DNA of 64,000 bases from Takakia lepidozioides (lineage: Eukaryota > Plantae > Bryophyta), in assembly GCA_030704615.1 (NCBI GenBank), contig CM060733.1, positions 69,130,001 through 69,194,000 of the forward strand. Reading direction: 5' to 3'. Made by a program: the position numbers and the translations under genes. The notes under the pieces are model-generated. The model was not told where the DNA came from, ran no database searches, and saw only the letters and a program-made list of their open reading frames with translations. This document shows positions 35,423 to 47,589 of this stretch, one piece after another. Each line of letters opens with the position of its first letter. Position 1 is the stretch's first letter.

Positions 35423-37510
35423 ATCGCCCCCCTAGCTGGTGATTAGGTCCCTCTAACACCGGATAGCTGGCAAGTATCCTCCCCAATAAGATCATCGCTT
35501 GGTCTTCAATCGCACAAGTCCCAGAGTCTGAAGTCGATAGATCAAGAGGTCGGGTGCAAAAGTAGCCCCATCGTTAGTCGCCTTCCTGCAATCCATGATC
35601 TTCAGTCAAGTATCCATGGCGTTGAAGCCCCACCAGTTAGACCTTGGATCACTTGTCCACCTCACCGTTGTCATGCCCACTACCTCTGTCTAATGCACCA
35701 TGGGCAAAACCATTCTCTGATAGGAACCTCCTCAAGTGGCGGTGTCAAGCATCCCATGTGCCACCCCCTTGAGCATTTGTCCCACACCAGCATGGTTGCG
35801 GGACCACCAGCATGCCCACATAGCATGCAACGCAACCCTGCATGTACCACTGCAAGGTTGGGATCTATCCTCCCATCCACATGTGAAAGTTGACATGGTG
35901 CACAATTGCGCACATGGTCCTTCCATACCATGCCATCTCGACCCTCCAGAATCAACACTCCTGAAGGCAACACCTCCCTGACCCTTAGTCTGCTACATAT
36001 ACACATAGTCCCTAGGGCTAAATCTCCGAACCCCCGGTCGATACCCTCCTCCACGTATAGTGGCATACCTCAATGTGTCTCGATGTTGGGCAATAGCAAG
36101 GTTCTCAAAAGCCATAGTCATGACTCTCTTGAACAACTCTGCCCGCTGGTCACATGCTTGTGTCCACACATCCGGATTATCAAGGTTGAGGACTACTGCA
36201 CAACCTCTCTGCGAATAGATGCAGGCAAATCTAGCTCTCGGCCAAAAAAAAGAAAGTAAGGTGAGAAGGAGGCAAGTGACACTTGTTTGCTGAACATATA
36301 GCCCATAGCCAACCAAGGTAGCTGAAGGTCCCAATCTCCTAGGTGTCCATTCTGCAAACGGTACTTGCGCAAGCCCTTCTTGACTGTTTGAACAACTCTC
36401 TCCGCCAAGACATCAGCCTCGGGATGATCTCGAGAAGTAGTGTGGTGATCTATCAAGGCTTACTCACACAAAGCCTGAAACTCCCCCAATAACTCTTTCC
36501 CCTGGTCCGTGAGTACCTCGGCTGGAGCACCAAATTGGCTAAGCACTCGATCTAAGAATGCATACGCAGCCCCATCACTTGCCATGTCAGGCAATGCCAC
36601 CAGTACACTGATCTTAGACCACTAGGAGGGATATTATCAACGTACATACCCATGGACTGGTTAGAGACAAGGTGTGGTGGCACCCCAGTCTGTGGAGCAG
36701 AAAGGGTCCCCACTGATTGACTCGTGATGGCAGTAGTCGGAGCAGTAGATACACTAGAGGGCCCTGGCATTATGACACCCCCACTTTTCACAACAGCATG
36801 CACATTCAACACAAGAATACTGCCCATATGCACGTCTGCACTTGCAGGCAACAAATTCCCTCCCCCTAGAGTGGGATTAGGGAAATCCACAACAGGCAGC
36901 ACACTAGAACTCACGTTAGCACCCTGGGCCGGCATACTACTCGTAGTAGCCCTAGTATCCGAGGCCAACCCGATTCTACCTTGTCCATGACCAGACAACA
37001 CCATGGGCTTACTACCTTGAACTTCCATGGCCCCACTAATCTGAACAGGAAGAATCACAGTTTTTTCCATCCCCGATTCTATGGGCAAAACAGCAGGGCC
37101 CTCCCTATCTATCCTCACGACACCATCATCATGCAACATTTCTAAGTCCTCCTCAAAATTACCAGAGTCCAAGGAAAGGTCATCAACCAAGGCATTACCT
37201 GCCTGGAGGTTGTCTGACTCCCCACTGATATCAGGCATGCCCCTGCCTAGGCGGACCGAGTGGCTCTCGCGAACCAGACATGAACCTCTGTCTACCAGAT
37301 CGCAACCAAGAACTTGCAGATGCGTTTGGCATGCAAAAACAAAGACAATTGTGGAAAAGAAAGAACCTCTAAGCCGTCGGGATGAGCAGTCGCGGCCTTG
37401 GGCTAGGCACCCGTGAAGCTTCGGGAGTCCAAACAGAGCAAGAAAGAAGCTCGAGTAGGTCATGAGAATCAGAACTATACCCTGCCAACGCCAGGCACGT
37501 CTCCCCATTT
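35423..37510 (-). mobile_element. Internally deleted Ty3/gypsy: integrase core plus C-terminal PHD finger, and an upstream gag-side region
   Basis: FGAPAEVLTDQG..F...HPEADVLAERVVQTVK..WDLQLP...FSPYFLFFGRE; PHD CMLC...KCSRGWHMGCLTPPLEEVPIREWFCPWC. Confidence 0.85.
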
Positions 37511-40500
37511 GCGTCCATGGTCCTGAGGTTTATATCTATATGAACGTTAATAACTCACTTTAATAAGAGGGGCACAGTAGGAAGCATGTTCAGAAATGCA
37601 GAAAAACCAATTCATTTGGATCCCAGAATAGAACTACGGTGGCCTACCTTTGTGGATGTGTTCTTCACTTTGAAGATTGTATGGTAGGCTCCTTTCTTCA
37701 CAATGTTTGCTTCTTCTTGCACATCAATTACAGCACATAAGCATGTCAAGTCCAAAAAGTAAGCTACATTGATAGCACTCTTCTATGTAATCAAAACCGT
37801 CTACTGAACCTATATTGCAATAGTCTTCAAGAATCATTCATAAACAACTTCTCACATCTGTCAGGGGATGACTCAAACTAGACTATTCAGAAAAAAAAAA
37901 ATTCAAATTCAGTTTGGCAAGTACTTGCTGAAGGCTCAAGCCAGTTGGAAGGTTTACAAAGGGCGCACCAGGCTACGATCTTGTCTACTCTAGTGTACCA
38001 AGCTTGTCGTTGCAAAGGAGAAACAAGGAGAATAAGGTGATTACAATCCTGTATCGTTCAAAAACTGATTATCTTTCTACTCGTCAGCTATCCACCTCGT
38101 GCAGTTACACGACTATCTCCTTACGCATGAGAAATAACAACTGCATTGATTCAACTCAAACACATACACTGTATTCTAGAAAGAGATGAGTGCAACCCTA
38201 CAGAGACCATGTCGTTAAGCCTTTGTACAAGATTGAGACTGCACCCTCGCCGTTGGTTCACTTCCATGCATCCAAACCAAACTTGCTTGAAGATGTTTGC
38301 AAAGAAATTTCCAGTGGTTTCCTAAAGAAGACATGGTAATTCTTAGTGTCCAATATTCCATGATCTGGTCTACTGATTACTGTATTGTATCAGTAATATT
38401 GTTGTAGTCTGCACAGTCTATATTATATTTTGAACGGTCATTTCATTTTTTTATATGTACAGGACACCCAAGGCGCACCTAAACTTACAGGAGCTGCGAG
38501 GCAAGCCTAACAAGCTTTCTGCCCTGTCAGCCATGCGAGCTTCAGTATGGTTTCAGCAGCTCCTTCATTTTCATTCCTTCTTCTCTAGTTCCCCCCGTGT
38601 TCTTTCTCGAGATGCTTTGGCTCTGCTTTATAGGTTTAATTCTGAAGCTTTTTTCCTAGATGTCCAAGGTTCACATCTTGCTTTATATAAGTGAACCTGT
38701 TGGCCCCAAGGTGGGTCCATTTTGTGACGACTGCCTCATGGTCTCCTGTCATGGTCTATCAATTGAGTTTCAAAATGCATTGGTTACTGACCTCATAATT
38801 TCATTCTACCACCTCCATTTTGACGATTTGAACATATAATAAAGACGTTCTACATATACATGAAATGTTTGACCACAACGTCTCGCTCACTAGAGGTCTA
38901 CACTCTTAGACACGAGCAACTTCCTTAATAGAGTGAGTGAATATGCAACTGCTCCGCTCGTTGATACAGAAAAGAAAAGAAAAGAGAACGCCCTTGCATT
39001 TCTTTCCTCGAGGACTGTTTGCGTGATCTACATGCTAAATTTGTCTTTTTCCCACAAACTTCTAGGCTAGCTGTCACTCATGATGTAATAGAAGATACGA
39101 AGATTTGAGATAGTTTTTTATGTCAGCAATACTAGCTACAGAATATTGACCCATGATAGCATAGCTTGTCCACAAGCGAGCTTGTGTTGCCTGTCACATG
39201 TCCCCTCACTACACCAACATACCCCAAAGTGCACTTGCAAATCACAGAATCTGATATTTCAATCTTCATTCATATCAGTAATCTATCTAATATCAACCAT
39301 CAATTACTGTATAATATTCTTCGCCGTCGGTAATGAATGGGCAGCCGCCATTGTAAGCGCCCTTGGCAAGCAGAAGTTTGCCCCGCTTTCTAGCGTGGAG
39401 ATGCCCTCTTACGAACTTTGCAATTCTATGGTTTATGGGGCTTCCTGCGACAGATCATATACATAAATTGCATATGGTGCTGCATATAGGGAAAGAGTGT
39501 GGGTTCTGTAATTAGTTGGTGATGAATGAGTTAGTATGCGGAGATGAGATGTTGAGCAGCACAAAAATTGGAGGCTCAGGTGGAGCTCGTGTCCAAAGGA
39601 AGGTGAGGAAACCAGCATGCACCGACTTTTTGCAGCAAACTGCCTAGCAAACTCAGAAAAGGGTGGACAATGAAGCAGCTTGATGGCTGAGGAACACAAA
39701 TTCCGAGTATTTCATATTGTTGCAAGGTGGTGTTGCGAGGAGTGCACCCTATGAGTCTAGGATCACTGGGGAAGGGGGAGGCTGTCATGGTTGTTGTCTC
39801 TGCCTGAGCAGAGAGCTAGAGCTTAGGGGGTGTTGATTTGGAAAGTGGTGGGCTGGGTAGGATTTCCAAGGAGCTGGAGCAGACGCATGCAGCCCTTATC
39901 AAGGCACATCAGCAGCTGTAGACGAGTTGTGGAGCGTGGAGCGTGACGCTTTCAGTAAGGGAGGCTTTGCGTGTATTCAATATTCTGGAATTCCAGAGGT
40001 TGCAGCGAATATGTCTCAGGTGAACCCTGTAGCTGAAGACAGGATAATGAGGCTAGAGGGACGGGAAACTGTAAGGTTGTGGGTGGGAGCTTGCCTTTCA
40101 GTTGCTAATTGGGCAACCATGGAACTGCTGCAGGCCCTAGTGTATGAAAGGGATATCTGCCTGTGTACATTGAGATTCAATGGCGCGGAGGCGAGGGGCT
40201 CTGCAAGGTCCGTCACTCCCAGGGCACCCAATTATCCGACCACCTTCCCACACCGGACCATCCTCGCTGGAGGTTCAAGATCTCAACCTATTTCTAGGAG
40301 GGGGAGGCATGGATCTGCAAGTTCAACTAGTAGAGACACGGGCTCAGCTCACACTTCCAGCGCTCGTCGTGTTGGATTTCATTTGAAGTGTTTTGCACAA
40401 TTCCAGACAAGTTTGAAACTTTGAGGATCCGTGGGGTAGAGAAGATAATCGTGACAGAGATTAAAAAGTACTTTTTGAGCGTTAGGTTGGATTCTAGTAT

Positions 40501-42768
40501 ACCATGGGGCGACGCATGCATGCACAACTTCCCCTTTTGCTATGGGAACAGGACAAAGAGTGGTCGCAGAAGAAGCAACAAATTTTTTCAATATTCCGAG
40601 CCACGCAGATGTTGGTGGCATGTTTTTTTGGGTGGTACCCAAGCCTATGAGGGTAAGTTATTGTATGTAGTGGTTTGTGTACCTCCTTCATGTGTTGTTA
40701 ATTTGCATCATATGTCATTTGTTTGTAAGAGGTTTAGAAACTAACACTACAATGTTGTGATTTGCAGTCCCAATTGGGTTGGGCAGATTGGTCGAACCCT
40801 TTTGTGTGCAGGCGACCCGGATTATGCTTCGATGTGCCCAGAAGCGTGAAGGATTGGCCACCAATAGTGTACATCCCCAATCCCAAAGATTGTTTGGATG
40901 ACACTACCATCCTGGAGTACACATAGCTATGTGAATCTAGGTTGACAATCAGACTTGCTGTCCCTCAAATTCCACCGGTTCTTCACACAACGATGATGAG
41001 TTCACCACGCCTCCACGAGTTGCTGCCATCCGTAATCGTGCTTCTAGTAGCAACGGGAGCTTCATGTCAGAGAGCCAATCTTCTCAATCACTAGATGTGG
41101 GAGGAAGCAACATATGGCCAATGATGGATCGATCCGTGGAGTTTCACGACCAAATCAATGATGAACTCAATCATTGACATGAATATGAATATTATGAGGA
41201 ATTAGACACGAGGGAGTTGGAAAAATATCAAGGAGAGTTTGAGCAAGCTGATACAGATATGGCATCAAACACCACCAAGTCAATATCTGAAATGGTATGT
41301 CTCCTGTCCATAATAAGCCCCATGGATACTGGTGCAAAAGTTGTGGAGTTCAACCTGTGTCAGAGCTTCCCCTCCTTGACCAGAGTCTCTTTGTGAATCT
41401 GATTTGGAGTGGTCATGCCCGCCAGACTCCATGTAACTACTCCTAGAGCCTTCTAAGTGAAGTTTGCACACGGCTTTGGAAGTGTGGCTGCCTTTTCTAA
41501 ACCAACCCAACCTTCAGATGAGATTGTGTACCTGATCGTTACCTGATCGTCACTTCTAGGTGAAAGCTAAGGCACGCCCGCAGAAAGCTCATGCGGTATG
41601 GTAGGCACACCTCCTGCGTGAGCAGTTTTTGTGTTTTTCTATTTTTATTAACTTCTTAATTTATTTTGGAGACCGGAAAGAAACCCTCAAAATGCATTAA
41701 AATAAGAAGACAAATAAACCCCTGGAAGACGCAAAAATAGAAGGTATAGTGAGCTACCCAAAGGCTCACCAATTGAGGAGCTAGGGGAAGCTAAAGAAAT
41801 ATCTGGAAGGACTTAAACAATCTATTATTTTTAGGTCAGACCCTTTGTCTCTCTTAGGAACCAAATCTTATCGTGAGATGGTTGATTAAAACGCCTCAAA
41901 TGAGCTTATGATAGAGTATAGATTATTTGTGCATTGCATGTAAAAATTAATTGTAACGTTGGTGTGGTTCAGGAGGAGCTGCTCAGAACATGTCACAAAG
42001 CTCGATTTTGGAGAGCTTTTGATGAAGCTGCCAAACGCATTCATGAATTTGCGAACGAGGATGTCATGGAGTCTTTCAAACATTTATCCAAACGTCGAGT
42101 GCAAAATTGAGGGTTGGGAGATACTTCCATGTTGCCCTTGATTTTATTACATCCAAGCATGAATATGTTCACAGAGACGGAGGTGCTACAGGCATTCTCA
42201 CAACAAGCGCATCCCAACTGGAGGCAGTGGCGATGAAGAATTGGGAGAGGAACAAAGAGCTTCGGAGCTAACATTGGATGAGCTGATGGGATTGCTTGCA
42301 CCAACGCAAATTTATGATATGTTTAAAGAGGAAACTACAGCCGGAATGATAAGTAGGTTACAGGAGTGGCAGAGGTCCCAGCTACATGCAGGTCACAAAG
42401 CTGAGGAATTAGAAGCTGTCACAAAGTACCAGCGGCAAAATGAAGCTTGGCGGAGTCTTCAAATCTGCAATTTCCGTACCAGGGTTGTAAAGCAGTTTCG
42501 GTGTGCCATCAATCGTTTACCACCAACAATCTTGAAGGTACGATGAAATTCGAGATTCATTTTCTACCAATTGAAACTAGAAAGCGAAAAACTACATTAT
42601 TATCTTTTGAAGGGCAGGGACGATTCACGAGCTAGAGGGAATGCAGAAAGGAAGAACGTATCTTCTGGCGGACAGATAAGGACCAGTACTGAAGATCATG
42701 ACCTACACACTTGTTGTCGATTGCCTCACAATATTTACATTCCACTGAAGAACTGTGCAAACAGTCCT

Positions 42769-45000
42769 TGAATATATATACAGAGTATTCCACTGAACGG
42801 TGGACACGTTCCTCCCATGGCAAGGTATACACGTACCTTCCACAGTAAGGTGTACACGTTCTTATGCTAATATCAGCCTGCATTAATACTGAACAGATAT
42901 CTACGACGGTTAGTTGGATAAGCAATGAGATGAGAGCACATAAGCTAACACCCCCTCTTGCTCTCAGATCCTAGTGGGTGAGGATGGCAAAGGTTTGATG
43001 CCTAATTCTTCTATGTTGTTTGCATAACGCAGGTAAGCTAGAGGCTTTGTGAGAAAATCTGCCTGTTGTATTGAAGTAGGCACGTAATCTACTTCTATTT
43101 CTCTTGACTGAACCTTCTCTCGAATAAAGTGTGCCCTTATGTCTATATCTTTTGTCTTCTCGTGCATGATGGGGTTTTCAGCCAGTCTAATACATGACTG
43201 ATTGTCACTATATAGAGGAGTAGGTTTATACTGGCTTATATTTAGTTCTGCAAATAGCTTATGTAAGTAAAGAATGCCAGCTGCGGCATCTGAAAGAACC
43301 CTGTATTCAGCTTCTGTGGTTGAGAGGGATACTACATCTTGCAATTTGCTTGACCAATGGATAGTGGAATCACCTAATTTGTGTATAATACCCGATGTTG
43401 AACGTCTCGTGTCCAAGTTGCATCCCCAATCAGCGTCAGCAAATGTGAAATAAGCTTCATCCCCTTTGCAAGAAAGATGTAGTCCAAAATCAATGGTGCC
43501 TTTCAAATATTTAAGAATCTGTTTGGCCGCTTGTAGATGTGCTTCTTCTGGTTCGTTCATGTATCAGCTCACACAGCTTACCGCAAAACAGATGTCCGGT
43601 CTTGTATTGGTCACGTATATCAAAACTGCCCACCAGCGATCTGTAAAACTCTGAGTCTACTCTTTGGGTGCCCATTTTGTTTTGCAATTGTACTCCAGGA
43701 TCGATTGGTATTTTTGTTGGTAGACAATTGCTCATTCTATACTTTTTCAGTATATTTTTGATGTAAGCTCTCTGATGAAGCCATATCCCTGAGGGACAAT
43801 ACTCAAACTCAATGCCAAGATAAAGTCTCGCCATCCCAAGGTCAGTCATTTCAAAGTTGTCTGTAAGCGCTTTCTACATCCTTCTTATCTCCTTGTCGTT
43901 GTCTCCAGTAATGAGCAGATCATCTACATACATGAGTATGATAATTCTCTTCCTTTCATATTCTTTGTAGTACATGTTAGGGTCTGCACTACTTCTTGTC
44001 ATGCCCTGTTCCAAAAACCACGAATCTATTCTTGAGTACCATGCCTTCGGTGCCTGCTTTAGACCATAAAGAGCTCGGTTCAATTTGCACACCTTTGTAG
44101 AATCCCCTGCTCCTTCAAATCCTTCGGGAATCTCCATGTATACTTCTTCGTTTAATCGTCCATTCAAAAAGGTTGTTTTCACGTCCATTTGTCTCACTTT
44201 CCATTTCCTTCTGGCAGCCACAGACAGAAGAGATCTTACTGCGGACCATCGCACCACAGATGCAAATGTATCAAAATAGTCTATCCCTGCCGTTTGCTGG
44301 AATCCCCTTGCTACAATCTTGGCTTTTAGTTTTTCTACTTTCCCCGCTGGTCCTTTTTTGATTTTGTAAATCCACTTTGCGGTGATCGGGATTTTATCCT
44401 GGGGCCTATCGACTACTTCTCAGGTATGATTTTTATTGATCGAGTCAATTTCCTGCTGCATGGCCTTCATCCAATTGTCATTTACTGACGCCTCACAATA
44501 TGAAGTTGGCTCTTCTGTCATTTCTGTCGCGAGTGTCCAGTAGTAATCTTTCAATTTTCTAGCAGGTGACCTTTTCTTTGTAGGGTATCGTCTCTCAGCT
44601 GGACCTGCCTGTTCTTGATTTGGAAGTGGCCTTTGACTATCATCTCTAATCTCAACTCTCTCTTGACTTTCTACCATTGGAGAGTCTATTCCAGAATCTA
44701 TATTACCTGGTGTTTCTATCTCTCTTGGACTGATCTGTACCTCATCATCTCTCATATCAGAATTTTCTAGATCAGAAGGAGCTAACGGATCGGGATTATG
44801 TTCAGTATCTAGATCAAGACTGCGCTTAAAAGCTTGGAAAATATCTTCAGAATCTGGAGTAGTAGTCAGGAGATTACGGTATCCTATTTTCGATTCATCA
44901 AAGGTGACGTCCCTACTAAGAGCTATTTTCTTTTTTACTGGATCATATAGTCTATAAACCTTGCTCTGCTCATCATAGCCTAGAAATAGACATTGCCTCG
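42769..45000 (-). mobile_element. Ty1/copia 3' half (integrase C-terminus, RT, RNase H, PPT, ~180-bp LTR), degenerate
   Basis: CLFLGYDEQSKVYRLYD; QMDVKTTFLNG; LYGLKQAPKAW; YVDDLL; ADADWG...RRSTSG; SLSTTEAEY; PPT GAGGGGG then TG at 42950. Confidence 0.93.
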
Positions 45001-45616
45001 TCTTGATATCGTGAAGGACCCGAACACCAAAGGTAAGAACAAGAGGCCTCGACCTCCCGAGGTCCCTTTTACCATCAATGAAGGGGTTGTCGAGGAGAGA
45101 AAGAGAAGGGAGAGGGAGAAGAAGAGAGAGGAAGTAGCGGGGAAGGGGAAGAAGAAGAAGTCCCGTGGAGACAAAGGGGTGAGTGTGCATGCGGGGGAGG
45201 GCAGTGGGGTAACAAAGGAGCAGGGGAAAGAGGCTACAAAGAAGGGAGAGGGTGGGAAGAAGAAGAAATCCTTGGGGATAGAGGACGTGGAGTTGGCGAA
45301 GATTGTGGTGCCACCGGTGGAGGTCAATCGCCATGGTGACCCCTGCGGTGCATTCTGGGAGGCTATGAAGAAGCCAGCCTTCGAACTCGCAGCGCGGTGG
45401 TTCCCTTGGCACATTCAGTGGGCTGATCAGCACTTTGGCACGAAGCGGGCGTATGCCCGTGAGTTAGACCGCCAGTTTCCGGGCAATTGGAGTGACACAA
45501 GGGTAATGGAGATGGTGGGGCGGAACTTGAAGGACAAGAGGTACCGTGCCAGAGACATCATTTGGAGGGCAATGGAAAAGAGGACCCAACCCAAACCACC
45601 TTATGGAATTACATAG
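44993..45616 (+). pseudogene. CACTA TnpA/Ptta-like fragment
   Basis: K/E-rich stretch, then GDPCG.F...LAARWFP...W...K....ELDRQF, a pattern typical of the CACTA second ORF. Confidence 0.5.
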
Positions 45617-45729
45617 GTTGGCAAATCCTTGAATCATTTCACCTTCCATTTGTTGCATGTGCATTAATGAGGTGGATTCGATGCAGCATATGTGTGTAAT
45701 TCACTAATTGTTGGGGGGGGGGGGGGGGG

Positions 45730-46359
45730 CCTGCGACAGGTTTTTTTAGTCCGAGGGTCGCTAGCAGCGATGCGGATCCCAACAGTCTCCCTGCGCCACG
45801 CGTTTTTTTTTTTTTTTTTTGTTTTAAATAATTAATAATAAATTTGGAAAATGACGTCATCGCGTCGCGGAAACCCACGGCCAAGCGTCGCAACGCCCGA
45901 CTCCAGCAATGATGGGTTTTTTTTTTTATTTGCCACGCCCAGGAGTCGCAAGCCGCGACGCAACGGCGTCGCTTATCCTACCACCCGGCGTACGCCACGT
46001 GTTTTTTGTTTTTAGGATGCGACGCCCGGGCAATTTAGAAAAAAAAATTGGCGCGACGCCGAGCCGTCACCCCCTCCAATGCCGTCAGCTGGAGGGCAAC
46101 GACGGCGGAGCACCGCGAGCAGGAGGCCCTTGCCATCGCCATGGACCGCCCGAAAAGCGACGTCCGGGCGTCGCGGGAGGGGGGGCGGGGGCTCGCAACC
46201 CCCATACGTCGCATATTTGCGATGTTTTTTTGGCGTTGCTCGTGCGACGGGCCGGTGACGCTCAGGCGACGCAAAATCGGCACCGCGCCCATGCCCGAAA
46301 CGGTGGGTTTACCGACGCCGCGGCGTCGCAAAACCCCCTCCCCCCCTTTTCCTATAGTG
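45730..46359 (+). mobile_element. CACTA subterminal repeat region and right TIR
   Basis: Many GCGACG/CGTCGC motifs in both orientations, ending in TTTTCCTATAGTG (reverse complement CACTATAGGAAAA). Confidence 0.75.
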
Positions 46360-47582
46360 AGAGTCACTTCGTCTTGCGGCTACTGCCCCCTTTCGGGGGT
46401 GGGCCCTATAAAAAACTAGTGGGTGCCCGGAGGGCACCCCGTAACCTAGGGGAAGGGTGGTCGGGGAGGTACCCCAGGGGTCCACAGGGTAACAAGAGGC
46501 CTACGAGGTATGGTTTAAAAGCTGCCTTTTGTTGGTGATAATAGCGGTGAGAGAGCGCAATGCAGTCAGGTGGATAGCTTTGAAGCATTTGTGTATAGGG
46601 GAGATAGGTATTTTGAGGCTATTGTGAAGAGCAGAGATACTCGCATTGTGGATCGTAAACCAGCCCATCCACTTTATTAAAGTTCGCTCCCACAGTGGCA
46701 TCACTGACAACAATATGACTGACTTCTTCGCCCAATGAGGTGCCACCCGACCCGAGATAGACCCTACATCGGATCCCATTCATGTTGCCCACACCGACCC
46801 ATTTTGGTTCATCCACCCCGTCCCAGGCCCTACGGAGCCACGCCCTATCCGCAACCTCAAAACCACCCTTACTCGAGAAGCTAGCAAGCAAGCCTCGACC
46901 TCCGCTAGTCATACTAAATTACACATTCAGAAAATGGACACATTCCAAGGTACCACACCATAAGCTATCTAATCACTTCTGGCACATTAATCTCACCACT
47001 AACGCCCAAATCAGACAGACCCTCAAATTCAGATATGCCCAATACATGGGCCACCAACGTAAACACATCTTCTGGCCTTGTCTCTTTCCCTCCCCAAACT
47101 GCCCACTCTGTGCTAGCACAAACTCGGTCCGCGACACTTGGCCCCACCTACTCAGCCAATGCACACACCTCGACATAATCATGCTGTCTGGCACATCCAT
47201 AAATTACTTCTACACTGCTTTGAAACACGTTGGTTTTCACTCATCAATGCCAAGACCTCCCAGGGTAGGCCCCCTGACCACACGGTACCCTCATGGCTCC
47301 TGCCATGTACATGCCGGTCACCTTCACCTTGCACTTGCCCCGCCAGACTCTGTCCAGACATAAATCCAATCCACGGTTTACCTATAAACACACCACCGCC
47401 CAACTCCCCATCACCAAACCTTACCATATACTTTATTGAATTCATATATTGTAATGACCGCTACCCCGGCTCCTCCACATTGGAAACACGCCAAAAATAC
47501 GCTCCACTCATTCTAGACATCCGCCTCCGTGGTTGGTCCACTGGCCCCCTAACGGTCATTATTGCCGGTACCAGAGGCGGCC
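46360..47582. mobile_element. Second copy of the RNase H/endonuclease non-LTR family, with a 5' inversion
   Basis: The 3' end (46360-46655, minus) matches 31312-31560. Segment 46656-47582 is on plus (FIKVRSHSG...CPLC...RDTWPHLLSQC...FIEFIYCND...AGTRG). Confidence 0.85.
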
Positions 47583-47589
47583 CTGCACG

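Noticed and set aside
44420-45433. 337-aa ORF as a real gene
   Set aside because: It is a chimera of copia pol and the antisense of the TnpA-like fragment across the ~45.0 kb junction.
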